Source: Nitrosarchaeum sp.
GTDB taxonomy: Archaea; Thermoproteota; Nitrososphaeria; Nitrososphaerales; Nitrosopumilaceae
Assembly (NCBI GenBank): GCA_965223865.1
Contig: OZ245020.1
Coordinates: 256,001-320,000 of the forward strand
DNA: 64,000 bases
Direction of reading: 5' to 3'
Shown here: positions 60,027 through 64,000 of the stretch, in pieces
Layout: every line of letters begins with the position of its first letter
How positions within the stretch are numbered: position 1 is the first letter of the stretch
Position numbers and translations under genes: made by a program
The notes under the pieces: generated by a model
The model's database searches: none
Told to the model about the DNA's origin: nothing
What the model saw: the letters and a program-made list of their open reading frames with translations, nothing else

Positions 60027-61484
60027 TTGAATTATGAAGATGTAATGAAATTAGCACTCGAGCGTGGATTTTATTTTCCAAGCTGTGAGGTATATGGTGA
60101 TGCCCAAGCTGGATTTTGGGAATATGGACCATCTGGCGTTAGTTTGAAAAATAAGTTCTTAGAATTATGGAGAAGAGAGTTAATTCGACGAGATGGTATG
60201 CTTGAGATTGATGGTTCTCAAATAATGTCTAAATCAGTCTTTGAAGCATCAGGTCATTTAGGAAGCTTTGCAGATCCCATCATAAAATGTAGAAAATGTA
60301 AATCTACCTTTAGGGCAGACAGAACAATAGCTGAGATTTCAAATATTGGGATTCCTGAAAGTGCAGATTTAGTAGAATTTGATAATGCCATTTCACAAAA
60401 CAATATCAAATGTCCAAAATGTAAAGGAGATTTTGAAAATACTAAAAAATTTAACATGATGTTTAGAGTTGGAATAGGACCGGAAGAAGAAGAGGCATAT
60501 CTAAGGCCAGAAACATGCCAATCGATATTTGTTGATTTTCCAAGATTGTTTAAGACAATGCGTGGGAAATTACCATTGGGTATTGCTCAGATTGGAAAAA
60601 GTTTTAGAAATGAGATTTCACCACGTCAAAGTTTGCTTCGTCTTAGAGAGTTTTATCAGGCAGAAATTGAAGTGTTCTGTAATCCCTCAAAATTAAATGA
60701 TGTGGAAAATTTTTCAGAGATTCAAGACACTGTAATCAGAATCCAAACTGATTCTGAATTAATTGCTATGTCGTGTAAAGAAGCAGTTGAATCAAAAACT
60801 ATTCCAAATAAGTTTGTGGCGTATTATTTGGGAATGTTAACAGAATTTTATGAAAAAACAGGCATTGACATTTCAAAAAGTAGATTCAGAAAGCTTGGTG
60901 ATAAAGAAAAAGCCTTCTACGCTAAAGTTGCATTTGATTTTGAAGTAGATACAACAATTGGTTGGCTTGAGCTTGTCGCATGTAATTATAGATCAGATTA
61001 TGATCTTTCAAGTCATGCTAAGAAAAGTAAAGAAAAATTTGAAGTGATGGATAATGACCAAAAAGTACTTCCACATGTCTTTGAAATTTCAATGGGAATT
61101 GATAGAAGCTTATACACAATTATCGAGCATTGTCTTAATGACGATAAGGAGCATGAAAGAATTGTATTATCTCTAAAGCCATATTTATCTCCAATTCATG
61201 TAGGTGTTTTATCTTTAGTAAAAAAAGATGGATTAAAAGAAAAAACTGATGAAATTTATCTTAAAATTAAAAGAAAGTTTGATGCATTTTTAGACCATTC
61301 TGGAGCAATAGGAAGAAGATATCGTAGATTAGATGAGATTGGATCTCCATTTGCAATAACAATTGATCATCAGACTTTGGAGGATGAAACAGTAACGATT
61401 AGAAAGAGAGATTCTATGGAACAAACCAGGATAAAGATTTCAGAAATTGATTCTGTTTTATCAGAATCTACAACCTACCCATAA
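60027..61484 (+). CDS. glyS: Glycine--tRNA ligase (archaeal/eukaryotic type)
   Basis: YLRPETCQ, FRNEISPR..L.R.REF.QAE and IGRRY.R.DE.G. Confidence 0.97.
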   Translation: MNYEDVMKLALERGFYFPSCEVYGDAQAGFWEYGPSGVSLKNKFLELWRRELIRRDGMLEIDGSQIMSKSVFEASGHLGSFADPIIKCRKCKSTFRADRTIAEISNIGIPESADLVEFDNAISQNNIKCPKCKGDFENTKKFNMMFRVGIGPEEEEAYLRPETCQSIFVDFPRLFKTMRGKLPLGIAQIGKSFRNEISPRQSLLRLREFYQAEIEVFCNPSKLNDVENFSEIQDTVIRIQTDSELIAMSCKEAVESKTIPNKFVAYYLGMLTEFYEKTGIDISKSRFRKLGDKEKAFYAKVAFDFEVDTTIGWLELVACNYRSDYDLSSHAKKSKEKFEVMDNDQKVLPHVFEISMGIDRSLYTIIEHCLNDDKEHERIVLSLKPYLSPIHVGVLSLVKKDGLKEKTDEIYLKIKRKFDAFLDHSGAIGRRYRRLDEIGSPFAITIDHQTLEDETVTIRKRDSMEQTRIKISEIDSVLSESTTYP

Positions 61485-61557
61485 ATAATTTAAAATTTTG
61501 AAAAGTCAAAGATTTTAGTCAGAAGTGAATTTAAAAATTAATATTCTTTTAATCTAG

Positions 61558-62727
61558 GTGAAAATAAGAAGCATGAGAATGGAAAACCCCCAGGTATCAA
61601 TAATTGTTCCAACATATAATGAATCACAAAATATTATTGATATGCTAAAGTCTATAAGAAAATGTATGCCTGATGGTTTTTTTGCAGAGACTATTGTAGT
61701 TGATGACAATTCTCCAGACGGCACTGGCAAAATCGTTGAAGACTATATCTCAAATTTAAAGAAATTTACTGAAAATAAAATTAGTATTATTCATAGAAAA
61801 GCAAAGGATGGATTAGCATCTGCCATTTTAAATGGAATACAAAATGCTAGTGCCGATACAATTGTAGTGATGGATTCTGATTTTTCTCATCCCCCACAAA
61901 TAATACCTAAACTTGTTTCGGCAATTAAACAATATCAATATGATATAGCTATAGCATCTAGATATGTAAAAGGTGGAGCAGTTGAAGGCTGGTCCCTAAA
62001 AAGAAAAATTATTAGTAAAGTTGCCACTCTAATTGCAAGAAAAAGTTTAGGAGTAAAAAGCTATGATCCAATGTCAGGATTTTTCGCATTTAGAAAAAAT
62101 CTCATCAAGGGACTAAGTTTTGATGCTTTAGGTTACAAAATTCTTCTGGAATTATTGGTTAAAACAAAAGGTGTAAAAATACAAGAAATACCTTATACAT
62201 TTCAGGACAGAAAATTTGGTTCAAGTAAACTTGATTCCTCTACTGTGATTGATTATATCAAGTCGGTATTCAAATTATACAAATATGGAAAAATTACCGA
62301 AAAACAAGAAAGAAGACCTTCTGTAAGATTTTTCTCAAAAGCTGCAAGATTTTTTACTGTTGGCGCCTCAGGATTGGGCGTAAATTATCTGGTTTCTTTG
62401 TTATTTGCAGATGGAATTTCAAATTTATGGTATATTCATGCAACTACAATAGGAATTGTTACTTCAATGACTACGAATTTTATTTTAAATAAAGTTTGGA
62501 CCTTTAGTGATAGAGACTTTTCATTACTCAAAACTCTAAAACAATATGGAAAATTTGTCGCATTTAGTTCTCTTGGGGCATTATTACAGTTAGGAATAGT
62601 GTTCTATCTTGTGGATATGCAAAATATTTCATATCCAATTTCTCTTGTTGGAGCAGTAGGACTGGCAGCATTTGGAAACTTTGTTTTAAATAAAAAATGG
62701 ACTTTTAAAGAAAAATTGTGGAGTTAA
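61558..62727 (+). CDS. Polyprenol-phosphate mannosyltransferase (DPM1-like GT2) fused to GtrA domain
   Basis: PTYNE, DDNSPDGT, MDSDFSH and D.MSGFF; C-terminal NF.LNK.WTF repeats. Confidence 0.92.
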   Translation: MKIRSMRMENPQVSIIVPTYNESQNIIDMLKSIRKCMPDGFFAETIVVDDNSPDGTGKIVEDYISNLKKFTENKISIIHRKAKDGLASAILNGIQNASADTIVVMDSDFSHPPQIIPKLVSAIKQYQYDIAIASRYVKGGAVEGWSLKRKIISKVATLIARKSLGVKSYDPMSGFFAFRKNLIKGLSFDALGYKILLELLVKTKGVKIQEIPYTFQDRKFGSSKLDSSTVIDYIKSVFKLYKYGKITEKQERRPSVRFFSKAARFFTVGASGLGVNYLVSLLFADGISNLWYIHATTIGIVTSMTTNFILNKVWTFSDRDFSLLKTLKQYGKFVAFSSLGALLQLGIVFYLVDMQNISYPISLVGAVGLAAFGNFVLNKKWTFKEKLWS

Positions 62728-62776
62728 GAGATTCAGTAATAAAACAAAAATAATGACTGTCGTCTTTCCTAACTAG

Positions 62777-63427
62777 CTACTCAAAGGTAGAAGTAGAGGA
62801 TTGAGACGAAAGTCCTGTTGGTGATGGAACAGATGGGAATTTGTCTCCTATCTGTTGCTCAGCTACTGCAGATGCTTCTTGTAGAATCTTTTCAGTTTCT
62901 TCACTTGAAACATCAGACTCCATGCTAAATGAGTCTCCTGCAAGAGAATCCATCATAAGTCCATTGAGTGTCTGGGTCATGGTATTCAATTCTGAATCTG
63001 CTTCCGGCATGAATCTTCCTAGTGATGACTTTAATCCCTTCATTGTAGACATCGCTGGTCCAATTGCTACCATAGCATCGCCAAGATCGTGAATAGTTGT
63101 CAGTCTAAGTTGGACTTGTTCCAATGACATTCTTGCATTGCCGAGCATCTTTGTAACTTTACGAATTTCAGCTAATTCGTTAGACAAAACTCTACTTGTG
63201 CTAGTATCATGTTGCTGCATTGCTGTCACGACTCTCTGAAAGAGTTGCGCATCTCTTTCGTGCAGTTTACCTAACATAGAGTCCATTTTGGAGATTTGGA
63301 CCTGTAGTTTGTTTACTGCAGTTTGAATTCGTGGTTTTAATGCACCTTGAGGCTTTACTGCTTCACGGAGTTTGCCAGTTACGCTTTGGGTCTCTTGACG
63401 AGCCCAAGTCTTGTCGAAGTTTGGCAT
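62777..63427 (-). CDS. cdvB: ESCRT-III/Snf7 (CdvB-family) protein, core-genome copy
   Basis: Snf7 helical core; C-terminal KFPSVP; no C-terminal winged helix. Confidence 0.92.
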   Translation of the reverse strand: MPNFDKTWARQETQSVTGKLREAVKPQGALKPRIQTAVNKLQVQISKMDSMLGKLHERDAQLFQRVVTAMQQHDTSTSRVLSNELAEIRKVTKMLGNARMSLEQVQLRLTTIHDLGDAMVAIGPAMSTMKGLKSSLGRFMPEADSELNTMTQTLNGLMMDSLAGDSFSMESDVSSEETEKILQEASAVAEQQIGDKFPSVPSPTGLSSQSSTSTFE

Positions 63428-63531
63428 GGTTGTTGATTTAAAAAAAAGCTCTTAATGGACGGTGTATATTTAGATCGACTTTAGACTAAATTTAGCTAAC
63501 AAACTATATTCAAGATTTCCAGAGGTGGATT

Positions 63532-64000
63532 ATGGCTAGAATTGCAGTTTTTGACTCTGGATTGGGCTCATTATCGATTATTAAAGAGATACAAAAAATA
63601 TCTAAAGTAGAAATTATTTACTTTGGAGACCAGGAAAATTTCCCGTATGGAAAAAAATCAAAGTCAGAGCTGAAAAAAATTATTGAAAAATCAATCAAAG
63701 TCATTAATGATAATTTTTCTCCGGATTTGATAGTTGTAGGTTCAAACACTCCTACAATCATCTTAGATATAGAAAGTGAAAAAATTGTTGGAGTTAAACC
63801 TCCATTAAAGGAAGCTAGAAAAATTTCAAAAACAAAAAACATTGGAATACTTGGAACTGAATCTGCAATTCAAAGCAAAGAATTATCAAAATTTATCAAA
63901 GAATCAAATCTTGGTTCAAGTATAAAAATTCATAAAATTAATGGTTCAGGTTTAGTTGAACTTGTCGAATCTGGAAAATTTCTTACAGATAAATTATTGT
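63532..64000 (+). CDS. murI: Glutamate racemase-like protein (partial, runs off window)
   Basis: Manual translation MARIAVFDSGLGSLS...YFGDQENFPYGKKS...VVGSNT...IGILGT. Confidence 0.8.
   Translation, partial: MARIAVFDSGLGSLSIIKEIQKISKVEIIYFGDQENFPYGKKSKSELKKIIEKSIKVINDNFSPDLIVVGSNTPTIILDIESEKIVGVKPPLKEARKISKTKNIGILGTESAIQSKELSKFIKESNLGSSIKIHKINGSGLVELVESGKFLTDKLL

Noticed and set aside
170-63842. Numerous antisense or nested ORFs in the track (e.g. 350..829, 2257..2706, 28380..28820, 42739..43317, 50374..50853)
   Set aside because: They are shadows of well-supported genes on the other strand or frame and carry no motifs of their own.

Overview
AT-rich chromosomal segment of an ammonia-oxidising archaeon (Nitrososphaerota, most likely Nitrosopumilaceae), inferred from archaeal informational genes (aIF2 alpha/gamma, rpS6e, PriS/PriL, RPA, Lhr, Sm), a bacterial-type MetK, a cobalamin cluster, ESCRT-III/CdvB proteins and many small Cys-rich proteins. 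About 1-18.1 kb is an accessory island lying 3' of tRNA-Leu(CAG) and bounded there by a decayed tyrosine integrase. It holds an RHH protein with a divergent operon, a putative signalling-plus-exopolysaccharide module (two receiver proteins, TPR, coiled-coil, a processive GT2 carrying two DM13-like domains, two secreted proteins), two secreted proteins sharing a Cys-containing N-terminal tag, a tandem pair of extra ESCRT-III genes, a broken histone-H1-like ORF and zinc-finger microproteins. About 18.3-64 kb is mostly core genome (grpE-dnaK-dnaJ, sugar-nucleotide genes, tRNA-Gln, ABC exporter, RPA, Lhr, RadB-like, MetK, cbiD/G/X/C/A, cobO, translation factors, tRNA-Gly, primase, EndoIV, GlyRS, core cdvB, MurI-like). 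It is interrupted by a smaller accessory-looking block at about 27-35 kb (TroABCD with DtxR and its operator, small ORFs, one frameshifted gene). No CRISPR array or rRNA was seen. All calls come from reading motifs by eye; no searches were run.
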